Assembly (NCBI GenBank): GCA_973895155.1
Contig: OZ316894.1
Coordinates: forward strand, 16,174,699 to 16,238,698
DNA: 64,000 bases
Source of the DNA: Marsupella aquatica
Taxonomy: Eukaryota > Plantae > Marchantiophyta
Direction: 5' to 3'
The translations under genes were made by a program, and so were the position numbers. Positions within the stretch are counted from its first letter, which is position 1; every line of letters begins with the position of its first letter. Shown piece by piece: positions 52,601-64,000 of this stretch. The notes under the pieces were generated by a model, which saw only the letters and a list, made by a program, of their open reading frames with translations, had not been told where the DNA came from and searched no databases.

Positions 52601-54964
52601 AGCATTTCCAGCACGATTATTACGAGCTCGCGGCCATGATCACTGTCAGTATCTCTCCTGCGTTCCTAACTACGTTACTGCATAGACTAGGTTTGGCTTT
52701 TTTGGTGCGTGCCGTTAATATACAACCTTACTATTCGAATTGACCATCTTCACAGTATCGGGCAAAGATTTCGCACCATCAGTCTGCCCATTTTCTCTCA
52801 AGTCACATTAATAGAACCCTCTGTAACAACCGACTGTCCAAATGCGCGCGTCTGCTAAGGGGTATCCTTTACGTGCAAGAAGATCGCAGCGTTTTGTCCT
52901 GTTCTAGAGTAGGTCTTGTATTATTGGTTGGGTTTTTGCAATCATTCGTTTAGAAGTGATGGATTTGCAATTTTATCTATTGACTTGTATCCTTTGTTGC
53001 GTTTTTCCAATCATTCATGTAGAAGTGATTGATAAGCATTTTCTTCTATTCAGTTTCTCTTGCCCATAGTTTAGCATGTCAAAGAGATGAAGTTCAATGA
53101 TTGCCGAAGTGCTCACCATGAATGGTAGAGAGTACTCAAAAGAGGGTCTTTCCGTATACCTTGTTTTGTTTGTCATCGTGTTGTAGGAGCCCGAGAAGCT
53201 GAAGCCCGCCGTCATCGCGTTATATAAGAAGTATGTCGAAGATAAGATTGATCTCAATCCGATCGACGGAGACCTCGAGAATGACAACAACCGTCAACGA
53301 GATTTCCTGGAGAGATCGGTGAGAGCCATGGGTCTCTTTCCCCCGCTTATGCCATTCCACCAGCTTGTCGGGTCTGATTACTAGAAAATCACAAATAGTT
53401 TCCAGAGATTACCGTTGACTGGAAGCTATAACACCCCGGGAAACTGTTGTCGTTACTGAAAACGCCCCCCGATTACGAAAATGTACGATGACAAGCATGG
53501 TGAATGTCCATTCCTATTGTTTTGATCGCATCCTTTTCGGAGAGTACTACCGATTTTGTGATGTTTTGCTACCTTCACTGTACAGGGCTGCCTGCACTGC
53601 GGTTGTCATTCCCGAGTTCATTGTTCTCTCCCTGGAAACAGCCCGCAACTGCCTTCCTGCTGCTTGGCGGGTTAAATTTCGCCGGGTAGTCAAGTTTTGT
53701 TGGAACTTGTAACAGCTTGCACATTTTAAAGAAATTTCACTAAGCAGATGGAAACAAGCGAACATTGCGGACTGAGCATGTCTAGAAGACAGGTCTCAGA
53801 AATCAGCATTCAATGTTGGATTGCCAGTCAGCCAGGCAGTATCCAGTAAGCGGTTGGACAGCTACGTGCAGACCCCTAGCTTGCTTTCGCAAGCGAGATA
53901 GTGACGACGTCCTCTACAACAATTACGAGTCGGAGGGGGCATACAAATAATTAAATTTGCATGTTATCATAAATTTGAGTGAGTGCATGCAGGTAGCGGG
54001 TCTTCGTCGCAAGCTTCATAAAGAAATGGAAGCGCACCACACGAATCATCTGCATATCATGCAAGAGAACGTCTCGCTGATCAAGGAGTTGAACGAGCTG
54101 CGGCGCGAGTTGAAGACGATGAAACTGAACGCGCACAAGGGGATATTGCAGCAGGGAAAACCCGGCCCCTCTCACCGAGGCAGCAGGAAGACAGTCAATC
54201 TCAGCGAGGGCTCCGCAGCCAACTCAGCCAGCCACCAAATGGAACTGGACGACTTGCGGCACCGGATCATCAGCTTGGAAGAAGAGTTAAGCACCAAATC
54301 AGAACGCATTTTGCATCTGGAGAACGCAGTCCAGGAGCTGGAGAGCGTACAATCGCGTCCCAAGTCCAGAGGCGAGCTCCCGCCCATGGACGGGAGACTC
54401 TTCCAAGAGAACGTCGAGCATGAATATCACCAAATAACAGAACCTTCTGCTCCACGTCCACGTCCACTCTCATCGCCCGGCAAGAAGACGGTCCAGATTC
54501 GGGAACCTCCCGATCAATTCGGTTCATACTCGACACTCGCGTCCGACGCCGTCCCCGCTAGCCCCAAAGTCGGCCAAACGCTCCAAAATTTCACGAATCG
54601 AGGAGGAGGAATCGGAACAGCAGACTCCGCCGCTTGCGAAGTTCATGGTCCTGCCTCCGGGAAGACTTTCTCGACCTCCTCCTCGACAACATTCTCGAGT
54701 TCGACGTCGACGTACGAGCGAATCGAAACAGAGGTCACCGAGGGGACGAGCTGGTCGGACTCTTCCGTCACCTCTGGGGTGGAAGAATCAATGCGCACTC
54801 CGACGAATTCGATGTCAGATCCTGACTTCTCTTCTTCTTTGGGAGGAGAATGGCGTTCTATTGACCATGCACACGATAGCAGTGACAGTCCCACGGGCCC
54901 ATCTGAAATCCCCTGCACTAGCAGCTCGAGCCATCCCTCTGAAATCCTTTGCACTAGACATTAG
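40680..54964 (+). CDS. CFAP57: Cilia- and flagella-associated protein 57 (WDR65/FAP57): WD40 repeats plus long coiled coil, about 18 exons
   Basis: N-term PNHVFGI...[18 protein letters not shown]; [33 protein letters not shown]; [16 protein letters not shown]; [17 protein letters not shown]; [13 protein letters not shown]; [22 protein letters not shown]; [22 protein letters not shown]; [20 protein letters not shown]. Exons are bounded by GT/AG. Confidence 0.93.
49222..49273. repeat. 16-bp tandem repeat x3 (gtgtagtatgtcatgg), intronic
   Basis: Directly visible. Confidence 0.85.
52364..52388. repeat. (CT)n microsatellite
   Basis: Directly visible. Confidence 0.9.
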
Positions 54965-55670
54965 TAAAGCTGTCAAACCAATTACATTGGAGAAACGACT
55001 CCAGTAGCTCGAGCCATCCCTCTGAAATACTTTACACTAGACATTAGTAAAGCTGTCAAAACCAATTACATTGGAGAAAGGACTCCAGTAGCTCGAGCCA
55101 TCCCTCTGAAATCCTTTGCACTAGACATTAGTAAAGCTGTCAAACTAATTACATTGGAGAAAGGACTCCAGTAGCTCGAGCCATCCCTCTGAAAACCTTT
55201 GCACTAGACATTAGTAAAGCTGTCAAACTAATTATATTGGAGAAAGGAATCCAATAGCTCGAGCCATCCCTCTGAAAACCTTTGCACTAGACATTAGTAA
55301 AGCTGTCAAACTAATTATATTGGAGAAAGGAATCCAATAGCTCGAGCCATCCCTCTGAAATCCTTTGCACTAGACATTAGTAAAGCTGTCAAACCAATTA
55401 CATTGGAGAAAGGAATCCAATAGCTCGAGCCATCCCTCTGAAATCCTTTGCACTAGACATTAGTAAAGCTGTCAAACCAATTACATTGGAGAATGGAATC
55501 CAGTAGCTCGAGCCATCCCTCTGAAATCCTTTGCACTAAACAATATAGGGCGGTCATACCAATTACTTTGAAGAAAGGAATCCAGTAGCTCGAGCCATCC
55601 ATTTGAAATCCATTTTACCTGGACAATAGTAGTGCTATCAAACCAAATTACACTGGAGAAAGGAATCTGA
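54922..55670. repeat. 83-bp satellite, about 9 tandem copies; degenerate copies continue at ~56710-57490 and ~58930-59950
   Basis: Unit tagctcgagccatccctctgaaatcctttgcactagacattagtaaagctgtcaaaccaattacattggagaaaggactccag starting at 54922, 55005, 55089, 55172, 55255, 55338, 55421, 55504 and 55586. Confidence 0.95.
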
Positions 55671-57496
55671 AATCCCGAGCCGTCCTTATCAAACACGAGT
55701 CTGTATGCTTTGAATGTCAATAGAGATAAGAATGGTCTATGTTCTCCCTTTCATTTTTGCGCTAATCCTTGTTTTGGTATTCATTGTCTTTATTTTGGTA
55801 TTCATTGTCTTTATATTCATATTTGCGCTAATCCTTGTTTTTGGTATTGATTCTCTTTATTTTCTTATTTATTGTCTTTATCTTCATTTTTACCCTAATC
55901 CTTCAGTTTTTGGTATGAATTGTCTTTATTTTGTTATGAATTGTTTTAATCTAGAGTGAAACTATTTACCTAATTAGTACAAAATAAATTGTTTTTATCT
56001 AGAGTGAAACTGTTTACCTAATTAGTATCATAATGTATTTAGTGTCTTTGCTTAAATAATCTCACACACACTAATAAAGGTTCTCCCACACAGATAATAA
56101 AGGTGTGATTACAAATTTATTATAACTTATTTAGTCTCCCTTTAAATGGTCTCACACACACTAATAAGGGTGTGACTACAAATCTCAAAAGAATATAAAA
56201 AAGAAATTCTTAATTAGTCTCATATAGTGAGTTTTGTTTATTAAACCTAATTCATCATACTTTAATAATGTTCTGAATTTTAATTGACTTTTATATTTGA
56301 TTTTATATTCAAACAAATCTTACTACTGTGATTTTTAAATTATTTATTTAAAGTTAAGTTACACACATTAATTTAGAGTTCATCACACACTATTTGTGTG
56401 TCACCAAAATAATCTTATTTAGTTTAATTTATATTGACATCTATTTATTCTCATCTTTATATAGTCTCACACACATTAATTATGGTGATATCCTTCAAAA
56501 ATTTGCTCCTAAATATTGTGTGTGAGAATAATTATGATAATAAATGTAGACCCACCTCTAGCTTTTGCTCATCCTTTACAAGGAAAACTTATAAAATATA
56601 TCAAGGACAAAACGACAAACTGGGAGATAAGGTCCTAATGGCAAAGTAGCCCAATAACGAGGGCAAAAAGGAAAGGGAAAAGGCCCCCAAAAAACTAACA
56701 GGTCCAACACTAGTAGCTCGAGCCATCCCTCTGAAATCCTTTGCACTTGAAATCATTAGGGCTGTTAAACCTAATTACATTGGAGAAAGGAATCTGAAAT
56801 TCCTTGCATTAGACATTAGTCAGGTGTGGCAAATATTAAATTCTAAACCAACTATATGGGAGAAATGACTGCACTAAACTATAGTGAAATCCGTTGCATT
56901 AGCTATTACATTAGTAGAATCTGTCAACTCCAAAACCAATTATATGGGAGAAATGACTGCACCAGGCATTATTGAAATCCATTGCATTAGACATTAGTAG
57001 GGTGTGTCAAATACAAAACCAATTATATGGGATAATGATAGCAATAGACATTAGTAGGGTCTGTCGAAACCATCCCAGTAATATTGGACAAATCTAAAAT
57101 CCCTTGTACCAGACATTCGTAAGCCACTCGTAAGGCGTGTCAAACCAATTACTAGGGGGGAATGAATGCAAAAACCTTGCACTAGTCATTAGTAGGGTGT
57201 CAAAACCAAATCACATTGGAGAAAGGAATCTGTAATCCCTTGCATTAGACATTAGTGGGGTCTGTTAGAAATGAAAAACCAATTATATGGGAGATAGGGA
57301 CAATTAAAAGGGATGTCATAACGAAACCACTAATATTGGAGAAATCTAAAACCCTCCTTGCACTAGACCTTAGTAAGGCGTGTCAAAACAAATTATGTTG
57401 GAGAAATGAATGTGACATCCCTTTTACTAGGCATTAATAGGGCCTGTCAAACCAGTAGTGGGACCAGTCAAAACCAATTACATGAGATAAGTAATC

Positions 57497-57949
57497 TCAT
57501 CACTTATCATCATCAGTGAGCCTGATATAATCTACCACCTCATCTCAGAGTTGTTGAGTTGTGGCACAAGAAAAAGCAAAATTCTTTTCTGAATTTTTTT
57601 TCAAAATTTAAGTGAGAGTTTTTTTTAATTCTTTTTCACTATGGGGTGTCCGTACTGTATAGACACGGTATGGACCCCCATCTCAGCAAGGTTAGCTCAG
57701 ATGGGCGGGTGTCTGTACAGTACGAAACCAAAAAATTCCAAATTTATTTTTTCAAAATTTTCACTCTTTTTTTGCTTGTATTGTTTTTGTACATACGCTT
57801 ATCTCAGCGAGGTCAGCCAAGATTAAGTCAATCTTAGCACAACTGAGATGTGCCGAGGTGCAAAGGCCCTATCTGAGATACTCAATTGAGTTTCATAAAT
57901 TTTTGAGGTTCAAAATTGATAACTGTTATCAATGACTGATAAGTGATGA
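57497..57949. mobile_element. MITE-like element inserted in the degenerate satellite
   Basis: 13-bp TIR tcatcacttatca / tgataagtgatga; internal inverted repeats (gtgtccgtactgtatagacac vs gtgtctgtacagtacg); no clear TSD. Confidence 0.5.
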
Positions 57950-60289
57950 TGTTGTGTACCAATTATATTGGAGAACGTATTGGGATCATTGCACAAAAAT
58001 ATAATTAATTCAGAATGAAATACTCTCCTTGTGTGAAAAGGGGGAGAGGGAGTACTCAAGTGGGTGGTGGGATTCATGGAGACTAATCAAGGGAAGTGCA
58101 TTTATTGCCATTGGACTGTCCCCTGCCCCCACAAACTAAATTATATGAGATTTTCCTGGTGTCAAGGGCTTTATCTGCTCCGGACCTAGTGCTATGTGAA
58201 GAGTGACATCCTCCCTCCTGGCCTCCCCTCCTCTCCCCCTCTTTTTTGTCGTCCTAATACCCATGTGTGGCGTGATTGTCTTTGCAGGCATGCGATTATA
58301 GCGTTGTTGTTGTGGGCATGTGGTTGTCGCGGCCGTGTTTCCATTGCATCCGTGGTTGTTGTGGCCATATTCTTGTTGCAGCCATGGTGTCGTTGTGGCA
58401 AGGGTGCGGAACGGGATGTGCAACTTTGCAGAGTCCAACACGGTCACATGACAGGAGGGAGATTTTTTATAATTATTTTCTTGTTTCTCGTTTGCTTTGT
58501 TGTTGGGTTCTTTTTCACTTTGTGGGTGTTATGGCAGCCGCCATAGTACTATCATGGTTGCACAGGGCACAGCAGGGTAGCTGAAGCAGGGAGAGGCAGG
58601 GCATGGCAGGTGAGGAGGTGCGGGCCAGGGTACTGCCGAGGAGAAGTGGTAGCTCTAGGCATCATGGAGGCCACTTGATCCAGGCCTGCACGGAGGGTGA
58701 GGAGGAGGGTGTACCTCACCTTGGTCCAAGCAAGGATAACTATGTCTACCAGGCAAAGGCAATAAGGAGGGTGCGTTGAGGGCCTCATTTTTCTGATCAA
58801 ATGGTTGGGGCAAAAACCCCAAGCAATCAGATGGCCATGGATAAATCCCTCTCAGAACTTGTTTTGTAAGCAAAAAACAATGAGAAAAAGGAGGACTTCG
58901 GCATGTGGGGACCTGGTCGTCCCTTGGTCCATTGGAGAAATGATCCTTACACTAGACATCCCACTAGACATTTGTAGGCATTTGTAGGGCATGCAAAAGA
59001 GTTCTATGAGAGAAATGATTGGTGCATGTACTATGATATCACTGATGTTCTGGTGGGCCCAAGCTCATTCATATTTTGGAGATCTGTTGCAATAGTAGGG
59101 CATGTAAAACTGAGTGTACTCAAGAAATTATGGGGAGATGTGCCAAAGTTCAAGTCATCCAAGCAATCTCTTGCAATTTGCACCAGTAAGCATTGGCGCA
59201 AACAAACCCAAGCTTTGAAGCATCCATTGGAACCCCTTGCAATTGGCATTAGTTGGGTGCTGAGGGGTTTCACTTCCACAAATTGACACGTCATGGGGTT
59301 ATTTTATTGGTTCTGAAGGAAGACTTTAAAATTTTCTGCACCAGGGTATTTTGAAAACCAATTTTGAGACTTCTAAGAAGATTAGTAATTTTTAATCAAA
59401 TTTTGGAATATTCCAAGACTATGCCATTAAAGGTTTTAGTTCGATAAATTCTATTATCATAGCATAACAGAAGACTCTTCGCATTTGTTTTTGCTTGCTT
59501 ATTGTTCTAAATAGGGGTAAAACATGAAATGGATTTCTTACATTCTAGGGGGTCTGGGGCCTCAAAATGTTGCAAGTGATGGCCCTGGGAGGCCTCCATA
59601 TAGTGAGAACCCCGAGGTAGGGTGCCTCAAAACTGATTGTGTAGAGAAAATGATTGGCCCAATGATGGGTCCAATGGGCCTCAAAGTGAGTCAACCAGCA
59701 GAAATCCATCACAATCACCATTAGTAGGCATTAGTAGAGTGTGTGTAAACTGATTTTATGCCACAAATCCCTGTCAATTATAGGCACTCTTAAAGTGTGT
59801 CAAACAGATTCTTGATTGGAAATCCCTTTGCAACAGGCAGTAGTAAAGGTGTAGAAAACTGAATTTATTGGAGATATGGTAAGCCAATGGGCCCAAGCTT
59901 GAGCCATTTGTAGGAAATTGATGGGAAGATCCCTTCCATTGGGCAGTAGAGTAAAGATTTTAAGCTGATTTCCGTCTTAGAAATGACGGGCAAAGAAATT
60001 CAAAACTGTTGTCATGAACGTTTGCAAGGGTTGCCCATAAATAACATTAATTATGTAAGTAACTTCAACTAAGTGCACAAAAGAGTGGCATTGTTGCAGA
60101 TTCAGCAATACTCCCTCAGTACAAGAATGCACCTTAGGGTAGGTGGTCATGAGTTTTGATACCTAGTACATTTGCACTTGACGATCCCCTAGAGTGGAGA
60201 AGAAGTGAAACCACTCTTAACAGAAAGTTATGTGAGGAAGAAAGTTCGAAATTTATTGGGCTGGTTCACCATAGCAAAGAAGTGATATA

Positions 60290-60633
60290 TGTTAGATATT
60301 GCTCTAGTCTTGTGACTCATGAGCTAACCACAGTTAGTCTAACTCGGGTTAGGACTTAGCTAATGTTAGCGGTAGTGCTGGTGTGCATATAGCGAGGGCT
60401 GATGTCTGACCCTGGGGGAACTTAGGCTCATTGTTACGGAGCTAGTTGAGAGATAGGGAGAGCTTGTGCTGTGGATGCTTGGAATGGCCGGTCGGCCTAG
60501 AGTGCAGTAAAGCTCTTGTGTGTTCCTGTGGACGTAGCCTCATGTGGAGGTGAACCACGTATCTCTCTGTGTCGACTATTGTGCGTTGGATGGTTCATGG
60601 GCTTGCCGTTACGAATGTCGTCTATGCTCAACA
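60290..60633. mobile_element. Solo LTR (344 bp)
   Basis: TGTT...AACA termini flanked by a 5-bp ATATA direct repeat on both sides (60285-60289 and 60634-60638). Confidence 0.7.
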
Positions 60634-62824
60634 ATATATCACTCTATTCATTAACAATGTATTTTCTTATGTTCACTTTGAGGCCCCTAAATGTTCACTT
60701 TTTGGTGTCTAAATATACACTTTTTACACTAAATGTACACTATAGTGTAGTACTTCAAACCTAAATGGACAATTGTAAATTTGAGGGGACAAAAAGGATC
60801 TTCACTAGAAGGAATCAAGTCCTGGTTCATTTACAAAAGATGAACACTCATGAATGGTGATATGTCTAATGGCCATGACCTTGTTTTGCTTGCCCAAATA
60901 TTTGTAAACTGAATAATTAATCCGTGGACCCCCATGTTCATCCAAGGAATGTGTGTGTGATGAAGTGAAATCAATTTTCAGCAAGGTGATAACTGATGGT
61001 TTTGATTCCCCCAATGGTCTTGGTGTGTGCTCATATAAAAGAGAACGCTTGAAAGATAGAGGAGATCAATATGGTTGAGATGAGCTCTCTAGTTTATCAA
61101 ACGGAAGGTTGAATGTGTAGGAATTGAGTTTTTTGACGGTTTTTGCTTACACATTGGAGAAATCGTGTTTCTACCATTCTTGATTGATTGTTTTGTGAGT
61201 TACATTGAGCATTACGGCCACAAGAAAGACCGAAGGATAGCACTCAATTGTTGGCAGAAGAGCGCACGATACAGACAAGCCATCACGTCACATGAAGGTT
61301 TTGTAATTTTTTTAATTTAATAAAGCTAAAGTGTGAGCGGAGACCAGCAATTGTTTCTTTGACATAGAGGTTGCATTTGGCATCAACCTGTGTTTAGAGT
61401 GAGCTTCAATTGAAGCCTGGAGGGACGCAAGCATTGTGGACAAGCGATGGCGACGTAATCAATGAAATCAATTTGCAGCGGCTAAGTTTGTGACAGTGAC
61501 GGGATTGTGACGTCTTTTCATCAAGAAAGGAAGGTGGGCATTTTTTGATGTTGCATTTCTTGAGTCAGTGACGGTTCTTTAAGTGTATGCAAGTTATACA
61601 ATCATACGGTATCCACCATTCATCTCGCAACTCAAACTCAAAACTCAAAACTCAGCTGAAGATCATTCCTCCGTTTCTTTGATGTAATGTGACAGAATGA
61701 CAATACCCTGTAATTCACAATCATCTCTCGTTGGTATCTTTCTCATCAAAAGAGAGAGGATCAGGTATGAGCCATTATTTACTTATGTTATTTTAGAGGC
61801 AATTGTCTAACTAATTACATAATAAACAATTTAAAAACACTCAAAAGATAACTAATACGGTTATAGTGCAAAAATGACATATTTTCCTTTGTATTCTGGT
61901 TTTTTTTTTGCTTAATACTTACGGCATGGCGCCCCATAATTTACACGAATATGAACACAAACATGACAAGGACCTTTTGTTTTCTAGAAAACCTGGTTTG
62001 TCCTGTTTGTCACCATCCTCGCTGATGTGGCACATCCTTGTGCCAGGGATATTGCAAGGGATCCTAATAGGGGTCCGTAATAATTCACTCAAAATGAATA
62101 TATTGACTAAAATGTAAATAAAGACTTGGCCACTACTTCTATCTTGGCCAATTTTCCAGGATCCATTTGAATCTTTAAACAAACACATCAAAATGGCAGC
62201 CTTTTATAGTCAGGGTCTTCCTTTCATTAAGACCACTCAGGTCTTTTAAGTTCTACAAACCATTTTAATAGGCTCTGACTCTGACATTGATATTTTGGAA
62301 GGTTGGTATAAGGTGTGCATTATGATGCTTTAGGAAGAACATAGACAATGTTAACTTCCTTCATGATTTTCTCATTCTAATTGTGTACTTTCACTAAATT
62401 GAACGAAACAAAACTTTCCGGCCTTAAGTTTACTAATGCCTTGTTACAAGGGAATTATGAGCAATAACAGCTTCTCAAAACTTGAGCTAAGCTCTTTTGG
62501 GTGGCCTTATGATCCTCAATGCCTTTTACAAGGACATTACTACATACAGAACTTTACAAGTTCCAGCTTCTCCAATCAAGAATCTAGGAACAAAAATATA
62601 AGGTCTGCCAAGAGGGGGACCATACAAATTGTGAACTGGTGGGAAGTGCTAAGCTCTACCTTCTGACTGTGCTACTTAAGTCAGTTGGATAGGGGATTAG
62701 CCTGGTCCTAAAGGACACAGGAGTGTGGAGGATACATGTGTGTGGGTGAGCTGGGTTTTCTGGGTAGTGGATGGGAGTTTTGACTATCTCCTCGGCCCCT
62801 GGTTGTCCACTTTGTGGTCCTGAT

Positions 62825-63115
62825 TCTCGGGGGGGGGGGGGGGGGTTGACTATAAAAAATCTTAGGAACCACGTGCGATCCAAAATAGGTATTTTTGGCA
62901 TATTTAACTAAATTTTTAAAAAACGTAGGAGGCAAAAGAAGGTATTATAAACTCATGTTTATAGAATATTCTTTAATATATACCCTTTATAAAGTAAAAT
63001 AGGTTATTAATATTGAAAATAGAGAATATTCTTAGAATATTTAAAATAGGTCTATTTATATTAGGCTAGGATCGCACGTGGTACCCCAAAATATACACTT
63101 AGTTAACCCCCCGAG
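62825..63115. repeat. Inverted-repeat (foldback/MITE-like) element
   Basis: ctcgggg..ggttgacta...accacgtgcgatcc pairs with ggatcgcacgtggt...tagttaacccccccgag; AT-rich interior. Confidence 0.6.
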
Positions 63116-64000
63116 TCCTGATTCAATCATCTCTCTCTTCTGGTGTGGGTCCCTATTGGATAGGTGGGGGCCCACCCTAAAATGTGTTCCCTACAATGAA
63201 TATATGTCACTATTGGGGTGTGGAGAGTCTACCAAATGTTTTTCATTTTTTGCATTAGTGTTCTTCCTTATCTGCATTCAAGACAAACAAAAAAGTGAGA
63301 GGAGCTGGGAGGGAAAAACTACTTGAGGTAGAAGCAGCCAATTGATGTTTGGGCAGGCTTCAAATTTTGGGGGAGAGGTCTTCATCAATGCTTGGGCAGG
63401 CTTTGAATTTTCCGGGGGAGAGGCTTTCGTTACGTACGCTCCCCTCATCTGAATCACTTACTGCTGGTTATAAGCAATGCCCGCAATGCTCAAGAACCTC
63501 CCTACACACTAGGAAGCAGGGCATAAGTGCCCCTCACCAAAGCAAATTTCACTAGTTTTTGTCTCAATCACAGGGTCCCAACCAGCAAATTTCTCTTCCT
63601 GGAAGCATACCCATCCCCAAATGGTCAAGTAAAGGTCTTTTACTGTCAAACAGGCTGTCAAATGGAGCCACACAGTAAGGGTGGCTTTACAAGAGCTTTG
63701 GGGCCGCAATTACTTTTTTTCAAAGTGTGAGATGCAATCATAGCCATTCATATGTAAAAGCTTTCGCTTTACATGAACTTGGGGGCACAATCAAGCAAAA
63801 CCATTACCAAACCTAATCATCTTGCAATGGGTCTCTTGTGGGTCTCTTATGTGTGAAATGTTTTTTTGTCAAAAACTTAGATTTACACTGGGGGTGGTCT
63901 AAAACGCTGGAAGCAAATTGCAGCTTCTTTTCAGGGAATATGGGGGGAATATCTTTGATTATTTCCAGACCTCTAAGGCATTTTCAACTTTTGTGTAAGG

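Noticed and set aside
54922-55670. Regular repeats that could be mistaken for a CRISPR array
   Set aside because: Units are contiguous and near-identical over their whole length, with no unique spacers and no cas genes, in a eukaryotic context: a satellite.

Overview
Eukaryotic, intron-rich land-plant DNA. Plant genes sit next to an axonemal gene, so the source has flagellated sperm; a bryophyte, probably a liverwort, is my inference. Host genes: thioredoxin y (-), FORKED/VAN3-binding DUF828-PH protein (-), 40S ribosomal protein S19 (-) and CFAP57/WDR65 (+). Around them lie decayed LINEs, a solo LTR, MITE/Helitron-like pieces and an 83-bp satellite. The main observation is an 11.8-kb DNA transposon (22641-34428) with 25-bp TIRs and a 4-bp CTTA TSD. 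It encodes a Sola/DUF7869-like transposase on +. On - it carries cargo: a large spliced gene fusing a ParB/Srx-like domain to a prokaryote-type beta-class amino-(N6A/N4C) DNA methyltransferase, an orphan Cys-rich ORF and an F-box-like ORF. The element is seeded with about 25 copies of a 14-bp palindrome (consensus CGATAAATTTATCG) that I did not see elsewhere in the window. This suggests a self-marking or anti-silencing system. This copy is pseudogenised by nonsense changes and small tandem duplications. All family assignments come from motif recognition, not database searches.
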